Shown piece by piece: positions 1-31,599 of a DNA stretch of 64,000 bases. Under the pieces are notes generated by a model. The model saw nothing but the letters and a program-made list of their open reading frames with translations, did not search any database and was not told the DNA's origin. Source of the stretch: the human T2T-CHM13v2.0 reference genome, Homo sapiens; NCBI RefSeq assembly GCF_009914755.1, contig NC_060935.1; one strand, given 5' to 3'. Positions within the stretch are counted from its first letter, which is position 1. Every line of letters starts with the position of its first letter. The translations under genes were made by a program, and so were the position numbers.

Positions 1-121
1 TAAATTCTGCCATCACATAGGAATCAAGGCACTGTTGGACACACATTGAACACTCCAAATGCCCTGGTTCTGTGGGTGAGCTGAATGCACACATTCTCTC
101 TCTTAAGACTGTGTTCTAGAT

Positions 122-6850
<6,729 letters not shown>

Positions 6851-6891
6851 AAAAAAATGAGTGGGCAGGACATGATGACGAAGGGTAATAA

Positions 6892-8282
6892 TGTGTTCGG
6901 AATTGGTGGATTCTTGGTCTCACTGACTTCAAGAATGAAGCCGCAGACCCTCGCGGTGAGTGTCACAGTTCTTAAAGGCGGCGTGTCCAGAGTTTCTTCC
7001 TTCTGGTGGGTTGACGGTCTCGCTGGCTTCAGGAGTGAAGCTGCAGGCCTTTGCCATGAGTGTTACAGCTCTTAAGGCAGCACGCCTGGACTTATTCGTT
7101 CCTCCCGGTGGATTCCTGGTCTCGCTGGCTTCAGGAGTGAAGCTGCAGACCTTCGCAGTGAGCGTTACAGCTCATAAAGCCAGCATGCACCCAAAAATTG
7201 ATCAGCAACAAGATTTACTACAGAGAGTGAAAAAACAAAACCTCCACAGCAAGGAAGACTACCCAAACGGATTGCCACTGCCTATTCCGGCAGCCTGCTT
7301 TTATTCTCTTATCTGCCCCACCGCACCCCCCCTACCCTGCTGATTGGTCCATTTTACAGAGAGCCGATTGGTCTGTTTTACAGAGAGCTGATTGGTCCGT
7401 TTTGACAGGTGCCGATTTGTGTATTCACAATCCCTTAGCTAGACATAAAGGTTCTCCAAGTCCCCACCAGATCAGCTAGACACAGAGTGCAGATTGGTGC
7501 ATTTACAAACCTTGAGCTAGACACAGGGTGCTGATTGGTGCACTTACAAACCTTGAGCTAGATACAGAGTCCCGATTGGTGTATTTACAATCCCTTGGCT
7601 AGACATAAAGGTTCTCCAAGTCCCCAATAGACGCAGGAACCCAGCTGGCTTCACCTAGTGGATACTCCACTGCATCCGCAGGGGGAGCTGCCCACCAGTC
7701 CTGCGCCCTGTGCCCCCACTCCTCAGCCCTTGGGCGGTCCATGGGACCAGGCGCTGCGGAGCAGGGGGCGGCACTCGTCGGGGGAGGCTGGGGCTGCCCA
7801 GGAGCACACGGCGGCGACGGGGAGGCTCAGGCATCGCAGACTGCAGCTGCAGCTGCAGACCGAGCCTTGCCCCACAGGGAGGCAGCTGAGGCCCGGGGAG
7901 AATTGAAGTGCAGCGCCGGCGGGCCGGCACTGCTGGGGGACCTGGCGCACCCTCCTCCGCTGCTGGCCCGAGTGCTAAGCCCCTCACTGCCCGGGGCGGG
8001 AGGCGCCGGCCGGCTGCTCTGAGTGCGGGCCCACCAAGCCCACGCCCACCAGAACTCAAGCTGGCCCACAAGTACGGCAGGCAGCCCCGGTTCCCGCTAG
8101 TACCTCTCCATCCACACCTCCCTGCAAGCTGAGGGAGCCGGCTCCGGCCTCGGCCTGCCCAGAAAGGGGCTCCCACAGTGCGGTGGCGGGCTGAAGGGCT
8201 CCTCAAGTGTGGCCAGAGTGGGCGCTGAGGCCAAGGAGGCTCGGAGAGCGAGCGAGGGCTGTCAGAACACTGTCACCTCTCA
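6892..8282 (-). mobile_element. Solo ERV9 LTR (LTR12 family, LTR12C-like)
   Basis: Minus strand begins TGAGAGGTGACAG (8282) and ends ...CCGAACACA (6892). It has a GC-rich U3, tandem CCAAT repeats (GCTGATTGG on +, ~7340-7600), an AATAAAA TATA-equivalent at ~7298-7305, repeated U5 units, and a 4-bp TSD-like ATAA/ATAG. Confidence 0.92.
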
Positions 8283-8760
8283 ATAGCATTTGAGCCATGT
8301 GGTGTGGGCCTCCCACCCAATTCTAAATCCCCTACACAGTAGAGCCAATTTCTACCAAAGCTGGATGTGGAAACCAGAGTAGTTATAGATATTCTTCCCT
8401 TACAGTTCATACCAACTTTAGAAACAGTTTTGAGTTCCCTAAGATTTTTTTTCTGATAACTTCCAAGCACGGGCTGGGCATGGTGGTTCACGCCTGTATT
8501 CCCAGCACTTTGGGAGGTCTAGGCGGACAGATCACTTGAGTTCAGGAGTTCAAGACCAGCCTAACCAACATGGAGAAACCCCGTCTACTAAAAACACAAA
8601 ATTAGCCAGGTGTGGTGGCGCATCCTTGTAATCCCAGCTACTCAGGAGGCTGAGGCAGGAGAATTGCTTGAACCGGGAGGTGGAGGTTGCGGTGAGCTGA
8701 GATCGCGCCATTACAATCCAGCCTGGGCAACAAGAGTGAAATTCCATCTCAAAAAATAAA

Positions 8761-10750
<1,990 letters not shown>

Positions 10751-11177
10751 ACTTCCAAACACCAGGTATTTATGGATTCATTGTTTGGTAGAATTTAAAC
10801 TCTCAGAGCAGGGTATTCAAACTCCTTTGCAACCTGGCCTCAACCTACTTTTTCAGCCTGTCACGTTTCATTTACTTTCCCACCCACCTTTCCCCACCCA
10901 GGACGACTGCAGGTTGTGTGCTTACTCCTTAACTTCTACTCAGCTTTTCCTTGTATTTGGAATACCTTGGAAGCTTTTCCATCTGTTATTTAAAATTCTA
11001 CTACTCCTTGGCCAGGCACGGTGGCTCATGCGTGTAATCCCAGTACTTTGGGAGGCTGAGGCAGGTGGATCACGAGATCAGGAGTTCGAGACCAGCCTGA
11101 CCAACATGGTGAAACCCCGTCTCTACTAAAAATACATATTAGCCGGGCGTGCTGGCACCTGCCTGTAATCCCAGCTA

Positions 11178-11309
<132 letters not shown>

Positions 11310-11431
11310 CTACTCCTTTAAGGTACAGCTAAACTCAGGATTTTTACAATCCGTAAAAATGTTTCTGGGTCTCCAAACATTTTGCCCATTCAGAACATAG
11401 AGGATTGCCTGAGCTCAGGAGTTCGAGACTA

Positions 11432-12170
<739 letters not shown>

Positions 12171-12208
12171 ATTATAATTATTAATCTACTGTAGCTTTTT
12201 TTTTTTGA

Positions 12209-12367
<159 letters not shown>

Positions 12368-12846
12368 TAGTAGAGACGGGGTTTCTCCGTGTTGGTCAGG
12401 CTGGCCTCAAACTCCCGACCTCAGGTGATGCGCCCACCTCTGCCTCACAAAGTGCTGGGATTACAGGCGTCAGCCCACCACGCCCGGCCTATTGTAGCAT
12501 TTTTAAGTGGAACTTGCATTTCGTGTATGGCTGTCAGTCTAACTAGACTGCAATCCCCAGAGTCAGGAACCATATCTGTTTAGTTCACAACTCTATATCC
12601 AGCACATAACATTGTGCCTGAAAAAAAAATTATATAAATGTAAAAGTTTTATGGAGAATACAAAACATCACTGAAAAACCTAAAAGAAGACATATGCCAT
12701 GTGTGTCAATGAACCTAATATTGAAAAAAACCTGTCTCAAAAAAAAAAAAAGGGTTGGGCGCGGTGGCTCACGTCTGTAATCCCAGCACTTTGGGAGGCT
12801 GAGACAGGCGGATCACGAGGTCAGGAGATCGAGACCACTCTGGCTA

Positions 12847-13059
<213 letters not shown>

Positions 13060-13899
13060 TTAAGCTGCATAAAAGCTAAAAATAATTTCCCTGGCTGGGC
13101 GAGGTGGCTCACGCCTGTAATCCCAGCACATTGGGAGCCTGAGGCAGGTGGATCACCTGAGGTCAGGAGTTAGAGACCAGCCTCACCCATATGGTGAAAC
13201 CACGTCTCTACTAAAAATTAAAAAATTAGCTGGGCATGGTGGCGCGTGCCTGTAATCCCAGCTACTCGGGAGGCTGAGATGGGAGAATAACTAACTCAGG
13301 AGACAGAGGTTGTGGTGAGCCAAGATTATGCCATTGCACTCCAGCCTGAGTGACAGAGGGAGACTCTGTCTCAAAATAATAATAATTTCCCCAAAAAGGT
13401 AGTTGAATCTCTTTCTGTCCCCAAGACAGGTAGGAAGCTTTATTTTTTTCTCTGCCATTGTTTATTAGATCCTTTCTAACAGGTCTAGGTAAAATAAAGC
13501 CTTTTTTTTTTTTTTTTTTTTTTTTGAGACGGAGTCTCGCTCTGTCACCCAGGCTGGAGTGCAGGCCTCTTAAAAAGTGTCTGGGCCGGGCATGGTGGCT
13601 CACACCTGTAATCCCAGCACTTTGGGAGGCCGAGGCAGATGGATCACAAGGTCAGGAGTTCAAAACCAGCCTGGCCAATATGGTGAAACCCCATCTTTAT
13701 TAAAAATACAAAAATTAGCCAGGCATGGGGGCAGGTGCCTATAATTCCAGCTACTTGGGAGGCTGAGGCAGATAATCACTTGAACCCAGGAGGCGGAGGT
13801 TGCAGTGAGTTGAGATTGCACCACTGCACTCCAGCCTGGGTGACAGAGTGAGACTCCATCTCAAGAAACAACAGCAACAACAACAACAACAAAACTTGT

Positions 13900-18800
<4,901 letters not shown>

Positions 18801-18851
18801 TATTAACATTTTTTATTTAAAAAATTCATCAGGAAGAAATTCTCTCCTTTA

Positions 18852-19172
<321 letters not shown>

Positions 19173-19429
19173 TTACCTATGGAAACCCAGCTAAAGGGAG
19201 TTCAATAAAGCGGGAGCAAAAAGCCAGGCATGGTGGTGCACCTATAGTCCCAGCTACGCAAAATGCTGAGGCAGGCGGATCACTTGAAGCCACAGTGCAC
19301 TACAATAGCATCTGTGAACAGTCACCACACTCCAGCCTAGGCAACATATATGTATATATATAATCAAGTGTTTCATCCTAGCACCAAGGGAAGCCAGTGA
19401 GGAGAATTAAAATCTGCACTACTGTCTGA

Positions 19430-19759
<330 letters not shown>

Positions 19760-21020
19760 TGAGTCACTGGGACTACAGGAGCGCACCACCACACCCAGCT
19801 AATTTTTTTTGTATTTTTAGTAGAGACAGGGTTTTGCCATGTTGGCCAGGCTGGTCTCAAACTCCTGACCTCAGGTGATCCACACTCGCCCCCCACCCTT
19901 CATCCCACTGCCCCAACCCCGGCCTCCCAAAGTGCTGGGATTACGGGAGTGAGCCAATGTGCCCAGCCCATATCCAATACTTTAAATAGCCCATACAGCT
20001 GATCCCACTTATTCCTGAAAACACTTGCAGTCCTAGCCTGGAGTCCCTGAAGAATCCCTCGTGGTTATAAACAGCCCAGCTGGTTCTGTGGCAGTAGCCA
20101 TGTATGTTTATTCCTTGTCTATCCCTTGTTGATAGACCTCAAGGCTTGTCAATTGCAGTTGCATTTTGGAGCTGGTCTCATGGGCTGAGTTATTTTCAGC
20201 AACTGTGTGTTTACTTCGTACTCTGTTGACTTGGAGAGGGAGAGTTGAATATGTATACAGCTAAAGCCTCTGTTTCACAGCTTCAGAGATGCAGCTACAA
20301 GATCACCTGTTCAGAGTATCTGACAGACCTAAGGGGAGGTGATTAATTACATCTCTTCTAGAATGGGGTTTGAAGTATGAGTTGGGGAAGAACCTAGAAT
20401 GATATGTTTGTCCTTACCTTCCCACCCCTGGTGGAGCCAAGCTAAAATAATAACGGCAAATGGTTAGTAGGGTTTCCATAGAAGACAGTACAGCATGGCT
20501 GTGCACAGTGCACCAAAAATAGTGGAATAAAGGAAAGTCCTAAAACAAAACAAAACAGACTGCTTGACTTCAAGTTACATAGACCAACAAGCCATAAGTA
20601 CCTCCTACACTGTGTAAATGAACTAGAGTCACTGAAATAAACTCCCTGTCTTTGAGAAGTTAGTCTTAAAAAACAACCACCACCAAAGAAAAACCTTACC
20701 AAGACAATATTGTGCTGTAGCTGATTCTGTAGCAAAAATTTCCTTTCCCAGGGAGGCTTTGTGTATTTTAGGGTGCCTAGCTTTAGTATCTGAGAATATG
20801 AAATATACGACCAAAACTTAGGAAGACAGACAGACTGAATACATGAATTGGTGGCTGATAAGGAGGGATGTTAGGTAGCTAAGAGACTGAAAGCAAGAGA
20901 GGAGGAACCCAGGATGTCAATTAAAAACAATAAAATCATGGCCGGGCGCGGTAGCTCACACTTGTAACCCCAGCAGTTTGGGGGGCAGAGGCAGGTGGAT
21001 CACCTGAGGTCAGGAGTTCA

Positions 21021-21344
<324 letters not shown>

Positions 21345-21624
21345 TCAGAGAGATGAAACTACCAGTCTGAAGGCTGCAGATATTAAAGGACTTCTCTGAG
21401 CTCACACAAAAAAGAGCAGAGTTGGAATCTGAAGTTATATCAGCTAACTTTCTCTTTATGAATTCAGCACTCTTACCTTTATACTGTTTCCTTCCAGAAG
21501 GAAGTGGGAAAAAAATGCCTAGAAACCAGATGATCAAAGCAGCAACAAGGAATCCTCTCCTTTTTTTGACTATGACAGGCTAAAGATCTGGGAGTCAAGG
21601 CAAAAAAAAGAAGGGGCAACAAGG

Positions 21625-22000
21625 CCTTAGTCAGCTGAGGTGGCCAAAACAAAATACAACAGACGGGGGGACTTAAACAACAGGAATTTATTTCTCACAG
21701 TTCTGGAAGCTGGGATGTCCAAGGTCATGGTTCTGGCCAATTCAGTTACCTGGTGAGGGCCTTCTTGCTGACTTGCAGATGGCCCTCAACAGGCATCTTG
21801 CTGTATCTTCACATGGCAGAGAAAAAGAGCTCTTGTTTCTCCTCTTCTTCTTATAAGGACACTAATCACATCATAAAGGCCCCACTCTCAAGACCTCATC
21901 TAAACCTAAGTACCTCTCCAAGAAAAGCCCCATCTCCTTATACCATTACATTGAGGGTTAAGGCTTCAATATATGAATTTTGGGTGGCATGGGATGTCAC
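21625..22000. mobile_element. MaLR LTR (MLT1-like)
   Basis: Typical MLT1 text: CTTAAACAACAGGAATTTATTTCTCACAGTTCTGGAAGCTGGGA ... GCTTCAATATATGAATTTTGGG. Confidence 0.75.
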
Positions 22001-23222
22001 AAATATTTAGACCATAAGACAATCTCAGGTACAAGCAGGAAAAGGCACCACATACAAGAGGGCAAGTTGAAAAAGGAAAGAATGAGGATGAAATAAAAAT
22101 GAATTGGCTGGGCGCAGTGGCTTATGCCTGTAATCCCAGCACTTTGGGAGGCCACGGCAGGTGGATCACCTGAGGTCAGGAGTTCGAGAGCAGCCTGGCC
22201 AAAATGGCAAAACCCCGTCTCCACTAAAAATATAAAAATTGGCTGGGCATGGTGGTGGGCACCTATAATCCCAGCTACTGGGGAGGCTGAGGCAGGAGAA
22301 TTGTTGAACCCAGGAGGTAGAGGTTGCAATGAGCAGAGATCATGCCATTGCTCTCCAGCCTGGGCAGCAGAGTGAGACTCCGTCTTAAAAAAAAAAAAGA
22401 AAAGAAATAAAAATGAATTGTTCTCAGTCGTCTTTCACATTTCCTGCTGAGATCTGGGAGATGAGGAGGGAAGAGAGGGAAGGTAGCAGCTAGCTTTAGA
22501 GTATAAGCATTATAGCTGGTTCCTGAAGCTGACAGCAGTGGAGTAATGGAAAGAGACCTGAACATTGAGTGAGTTAATGGTGATTCAAGGCTCAGCTCCG
22601 CAACCAAGTGGTTGGTGACCTTGGACAGCTTGAATGATCTCATCTGCAAGGTGAAGATAATAATAACCTAACTAATAAAGTTGTTATAAAAACTAAATGA
22701 GACAATACTTACAAAAGTACTTTTTAAATTATAAAGGGTTACTTAGGTTTGTTTTGCTTCACGGTAGGATAGTTCTGGGGCTACACTAATGTTACAGATA
22801 TAAAAGAAGTGGAAAACATGGCCTCGGATCTCAAGTGTCTTATGATCCTATAGGATAAATAAAGTTTACAAACATGAAAAACCTTTAAGATAGCACATGG
22901 CTGCACAGGGTTGGATCAGAGCTCTCATCTTGTCTGTTGAAGATGACTCAGGTATGGCTAGGTGTGTCTGGCTAGCTGGTGGGATGGGTCTAAGGAAGTT
23001 TATTGGCAGGAAGGCTGGGCACTTCATTTGAGAGTCTTCCTTCTAGAGAAATAAGGAGCCAAGCATGATAGCCTTTTTCAAGAGCCAGTGCCTTGGTCAT
23101 CAGAATGAGGTGTGGTCATTGTTACTCAAACGCAACTCTAGTTCGACCCCTTAGCTGAAAATCCAGGGCACGTGGAAAAGACAAGTCTCGTCTAGACATT
23201 GAAAGAGCTGTTTCTTGGATCA

Positions 23223-23549
<327 letters not shown>

Positions 23550-24103
23550 TCAAATAACATGTTTTGGGACCTCTCTCTGAGTGTATATCCAAAAGAGCAA
23601 GGGAAATTATTTTATGCTACAGCCCAGGTACTCCTTTAATACCCAGAAGGCTCTCAATGGAGCAGTTGAAAAGACTCAGAGTGCCCACAAGAGGGAACAG
23701 AGTCATGGCAGTGCCAGCCTACAGAGTTGTCAGTATCCAGCAAGGACAACAGCACAATAACCGAATACAGCAGTGTGCATTGTCCCCATCAGAGCTGTGA
23801 CAATCCCCAGCAGAAACTGCCACGCCAGCTAGTATGGTGGGAGGCGGTGTTAACAGCTCAGAGCATCCACAGCTCTTGATAGAGCACTGTGGATATTTTG
23901 GGACTGAAGGATGTTGGATATCCCATGGACTTGATAGGAACATTGAGGAAGGAGGCTCCTATTAGAAGATGGACCCTAAAAAGCCAGCAAATATTCATGT
24001 AAGACAGAGTTATTTCAGATAACAAAAATATCAGCAGACTGAAATCACTGACGTCACAGAGGAAGTGGTAACTGGACCATGGAGTTGATTTCTTGTTGCT
24101 TTC

Positions 24104-24570
24104 TGTGATGGTTAATTTTATGTGTCACCTTGATTGGGCTAAGGGATGTCCAGATAGCTGGTAAAATGTGACTTCTGGGTGTGTCTGTGAGGGTGTTTAC
24201 AGATGAGATTAGCAATGGAATCAGTAGACCGAACAAAGAAAATCCATCTTCACCAATGTGGGCAGGCATCATCCAACCGGTCGAGGGGGCAAATAGAACC
24301 AAAAAAGCAGAGGAAGGGCAAATTTGCTCTCTCTGCTTGAGCAAGGACATTCATCTTCTCCTGCCCTCAGACATCAATGCTCCTGGTTCTCAGACCTTCA
24401 GGCTTAGAGTGGAGCTACATCATTGTCTTTCCTAGGCCTCCAACTTGCAGATAGCAGATGGTCGATTTCTCAGCCTTCATAATCTTATGAGCCAATGCCT
24501 CACAATAAAATTCTTTCTATATATCTACATATATCCTATTGGTTCTGTTTTTCTGGAGAACCCTAATACG
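24104..24570. mobile_element. ERVL LTR (MLT2-like), near complete
   Basis: Begins TGTGATGGTTAATTTTATGTGTCA and ends CCTATTGGTTCTGTTTTTCTGGAGAACCCTAATAC. Confidence 0.85.
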
Positions 24571-25332
24571 TTTGCCATGTGTGTCTGAATGTCGAAAGGT
24601 GCTTCTTATTCCACAGATCTCAGAGAACATTCAACTATGAATTCTGTAATACCCAGAAGTGCCAATGGAGCTTGAAAAGAGTCTTTTTAACACCAGCGTG
24701 CCAGGCTACGAGCTGGGCAGCAATTCTTCCTGGCAAGTAGTTCTTGCAATTTGCCTATACCCAGAGCAGATGCTGCTTCTGCTTTTCCCAAAGAAAGCTT
24801 TCTCTATATTCTGCCTTTCCCCAGAGACACAGTGGAGACAGAATCCTTAACTCTTCCCCTGGTGAACAGGCTGTTCAGAGTCTCCTATGCCACACAGGAA
24901 AAGTCAGAAACGGGTGGTAGCTGGGGATGCAAGAGAACTAGTTTATCCATAGCCTTTTCTCACTGAAGATTACCTGCAAAGATGGTTTCCAAAGTTGCTT
25001 AGGGAATCTGCAGCAGTAAATCTCAAGTGGTCTGGTGGTTGCCATTGGCAACACTCTAGCTTCCCTGAAAACAAGGGACAGGTGTGCTTTTTGCCTCTTT
25101 AATATATTGGGGATGAAGGTAGGGGGTAGGGAGAAAGACTGACTGTTCCTTATTCTGAATTCATTTTAAAGATGACTACTCAATGAACTGTAAACGGAAT
25201 GTCCCTTAATATTTCCTAAGGTGTAAAGCATTTCACGCTCCTGTTTTGAGAGAGAAACATCATCAGCAATCTAGCTAAGTGATAAATAAATCAAATGAAA
25301 TTTAACGAAGGCAAAAGTTGCCAGGTCTATAA

Positions 25333-25620
<288 letters not shown>

Positions 25621-26070
25621 TGATCCGCCTACCTTGGCCTCCCAAGGTGCTGAGATTACAGGCGTGAGCCACCGTGCCTGGCCCAGTTCTTAATCTTTAG
25701 TGGCCATAGTCATCATCTGGAGACATTGCCTGAGGCATTCTAATTCAATACGCCTGAGTTGAGGCATGGGCAACAGCAGCCTTATTTACTCTTCTTTCCA
25801 CTACTATCAAGAGTCTGCAAGCAACTTATGCAACCTCACCTTTAGAGCCTATGTCACCCTGACTGAAATGATTGAAAGAAAGCTTGGAAATTCATAAAAA
25901 GAAGGAGCCTGAAGATGTGACTGTCCCCTGGAATGCCAGTCCTTTCACTGATAAACTCCTTTCCTATTCCCAACGTGTCATTCCCATCCACCACTTCTAA
26001 GATTGGGGGAAGATTTGACTATAGCTAGAGCAAGAGTGAAAAAGCAGCATTGGCCAGGTGTGGTGGCTCA

Positions 26071-26325
<255 letters not shown>

Positions 26326-26563
26326 TTAAAAAAAAAAAAAAGCAGTTATTGGCAGGATGTTAGTGCATTCTATCTGTTGCTATGATTTAGCTACACTCTG
26401 GGCTAGAGACTCTAGAAACAGTGAAGAAGGAAAAATCAGAGTCCCACCTGGGCTTCAAGTACCAACCCTCCTCTACACCTATAAAGGTGAATGGCAGGCT
26501 TCTGAGTGCTGTAGATACTGCCTTAATGCCCTTCAAATCATAAAGGCTTTGATCTAATTATAA

Positions 26564-26851
<288 letters not shown>

Positions 26852-26879
26852 TGAGTCATGGTGCCCAGCGGCCAATTCT

Positions 26880-27150
26880 TGTTTTATTGGCACATAACAA
26901 TTGCACATATTTATGGGATACATCTGACATTTTGATACATGCATACAATATGTAATAATCAAATCAGGGTAATTCGGGTATCCATCACCACAAATACTTA
27001 TCATTTCTTTGTGTTGGGAATATTCCAAATCTTCCAGCTATTTTGAAATATGCAATAAGTTATTGTTTACTATAGTCACCCTACTTTGCTATCAAACACT
27101 AGAACTTATTCTAACTGTATTTTACTGTATTTTTGTATCCATTAACCAAC
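26880..27150 (-). mobile_element. L1MA-like 3' end fragment
   Basis: Reverse-strand L1M 3'UTR text (GCACATATTTATGGGATACAT...TTTTGATACATGCATACAAT). Confidence 0.65.
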
Positions 27151-27513
27151 ATCTCTTTTTTTTCTTATTCTTTTTATTATTATTTTTCAGAGACAAGGTC
27201 CTGCTCTTTCGCCCAAACTGGAGTGTGGTGGCAAGATTATTTGTAACCTCGAACTCCTGGGCTCAAGCAACTCTCCTGCTTCAGCCTCTCCATTAGTTGC
27301 GATGACAAGCCTGCACCACTATGCCTGGATAATTTTTATTTGTTTGTTTTTTTGTAGAGATAGGGTCTTTCTATGTTGCCCAGGATGGTCTCAAACTCTT
27401 GGCCTTAAGAGATCCTCCTGGCTGGGCGTGGTGGCTCATGCCTGTAATCCCAGCACTTTGGGGGGCCGAGGCAGGTGGATCACGAGGTCAGGAGATCGAG
27501 ACCACCCTGGCTA

Positions 27514-27791
<278 letters not shown>

Positions 27792-27947
27792 TCAGGCCTG
27801 CAATCCCAGCACTTTAAGAGGCTGAGGTGAGTAGACCACTTGAGGTCAGGAGTTCGAGACCAGCCTGGCCAACACAGTGAAATGCTGTCTCTATTAAAAA
27901 TACCAAAATCAGCCAGGCGTAGTGGCACACACCTGTAATCCCAGCTA

Positions 27948-28252
<305 letters not shown>

Positions 28253-29575
28253 TCAGGAGGCTGAAGCAGGAGAATTGCTTGAACCCGGGAGGGAGAGGTT
28301 GCGGTGAGCTGAGATGGCGTCATTGTCCTCCAGCCTGGGCGACAAAAGCAAAATTCTGTCTCAAAAAAAAAAAAATTAACCTTGACTTTACTCATCCATT
28401 AAACATTTACCAAGAAATATTTGTTGTGCCAGGCATTCCCTGGCACTGAGGCTACGAAGAGGTATAAGACGCTTGCCATAGAATAATTCATATTTAGTCA
28501 GGGAAAGAGACTTGTAATTAATTCAAAGAGAGAGATGGACATTATAATAGAAACACCAGTGGACTCTTGGAATTCAGAAATCAGGATTTTTATCTTGAGA
28601 AAGACCCTGAAAAGGCTTATTAAATGGATTTGTATGATTTTTTTTTTTTTTGAGACGGAGTCTCGCACTGTCACCTGGGCTGGAGTGCAGTGGCGCAATC
28701 TTGGCTCCCTGCAATCTCTGCCTCCAGGGTTCAAGCGATTCTCCTGCCTCAGCCTCCTGAGTGGCTGGGATTACAGGCACCCGCCACCATGCCCAGCTAA
28801 TTTTTTTTTTTTTTTTTAGTAGAGACGGGGGTTTCACTATGTTGGCCAGGCTGGTCTCGAACTCCTGACCTTGTGATCCACCCGCCTCAGCCTCCCAAAG
28901 TGCTGGGATTACAGGCATGAGCCACCGCACCCAGACAGGATTTGTTTGTTTAATGAGGCACAAATTTGAATGAAACTATCTTCAAGGTTGTTGTACAACA
29001 AAAGCAAGGCACTTAACCAGTAAGAGAGACCCAGATAACTACAACGGTTGTATGTTTTGTTTTTGTTTTTATTTTTGAGACAGAGTCTTGCTCTGTTGCC
29101 CAGGCTGGAGTACAGTGGGGTGATCTCGGCTCACTGCAACCTCGCCTCCCAGGTTCTAGAGATTCTGCTGCCTTAGCCTCCTGAGTAGCTGGGATTATAG
29201 GTGCGTGCCACCACACCTGGCTAATTTTTCGTATTTTTAGTAGAGATGGGGTCTCACCAAGTTGGCCAGGCTGGTCTCAAACTCTGTCAAAGTGCTGGGA
29301 TTACAGGAACGAGCCACCATGCCCAGGAAAAGGGTGTATATTTTGGCCTGGCATGGAATTAATTCTTTACTCTTTCTGAAGCACACTTTTACACTTATTA
29401 CATATCTGAAGTGATGACTTAAAATATTCAGGCACGTTTCATTGGAAAATTACGTGGTATAGTGGGGTTCTCAAAAATGAGAAGTTCTCAAAGATCTCAA
29501 GAAAATTTTCTTGGCTGGACGTGGTGGCTCACGCCTGTAATCCCAGCACTTTGGGAGGCCGAGGGGGGTGGATCA

Positions 29576-29923
<348 letters not shown>

Positions 29924-30360
29924 TCATCTGCTTTTCCAGTTTACCTTCAGTTAATTTGTATTGTTTATCTAATAAGAAAACCCACAAGGAATGTAACTAA
30001 ACCATTCAAAAGCAAAGCAACCCCCAATAAAGACAAGTCCAGAGTATGGCCAGGATGTGGGTAGCCGGCATAGCGTGGAGAAAGGTCTAGAGTTAAGGAG
30101 GTAAAGCACTGTGAAGTTCTGACAATGGTGTCGTGGTGGATAATGGGAGGTGGCACTCTTCAGTGAGTGCAGTGAGAGGGGACTGAGCAGAAGGTCAGTA
30201 AGGACAGGGACTAGGGAGGACAGAAAGTGGTGTCATAGAAAGCCTGGAGCCTTTCCTTTCCTCCTCCTCAGTCTCTGTTACCCACACACAAGCCACCTCC
30301 CTAGAAGGAGGCGGTGGCATCTTAGCTGGTCTTCTGTCACCTGTCTCTTCCTATCTCTAG

Positions 30361-30638
<278 letters not shown>

Positions 30639-30799
30639 TGATCTGCCCGCCTCAGCCTCCCAAAGTGCTGGGATTACAGGCGTGAGCCACAGCTCCTGGC
30701 CCTTTCAGCACTTTTAAAAAAAAACTCTGTCCTGGCTGGTTGCATGGCTCCAGCATGTAATCTCAGCACTTTGGGAGGCCGAGGGGTGGCTGCGGATCA

Positions 30800-31084
<285 letters not shown>

Positions 31085-31599
31085 TCATCTATAATAGGTC
31101 TCAGCTGCTTATTTAAAATAAAAATCTTTAAAGCCCTTCCCATCCCATCCTGGGTTACCCAGCTCCTACTTTCAGTACCTCTCTGAGCTGCTGCATCTGT
31201 AAAATGAACATATTGTACTCTGCCTTGTATACTGGAATAATTTTTTTTTTTGAGACAGGATCTCACTCTGTTGCCCAGGCTAGAGTGCAGAGGCACAATC
31301 ATGGTTCACTGCAGCCTCAACTTCCTGGGATCAAACCATCCTCCAACCCTCAACCTCCTGAGTAGCTGGGACCACAGGTACTTACCACTATATCCAGCTA
31401 ATTTTTAAATTTTTTGTAAAGATGATGTCTCCCAGGCTGAAGTTATCCTCCTGCCTCAGCCTCCCAAAGTGCTGGGATTACAGGAGTGAGCCACCATGCC
31501 TGGACTGGAATAAATTAATGGAAGAAAGGGTGCTTTAAAAAGAATTGTTCTCATTGCAACCTAATTTCTTAGTAGTCCCCAGTTGAGTCTTCCACTTCA

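Noticed and set aside
7340-7630. Regularly spaced ~40-bp repeats resembling a CRISPR-like array
   Set aside because: These are the known CCAAT-containing tandem enhancer repeats of the ERV9 LTR in eukaryotic DNA.
7655-8206. 183-aa and overlapping GC-rich ORFs
   Set aside because: They lie inside the LTR12 U3 region; stop-poor because of GC content.
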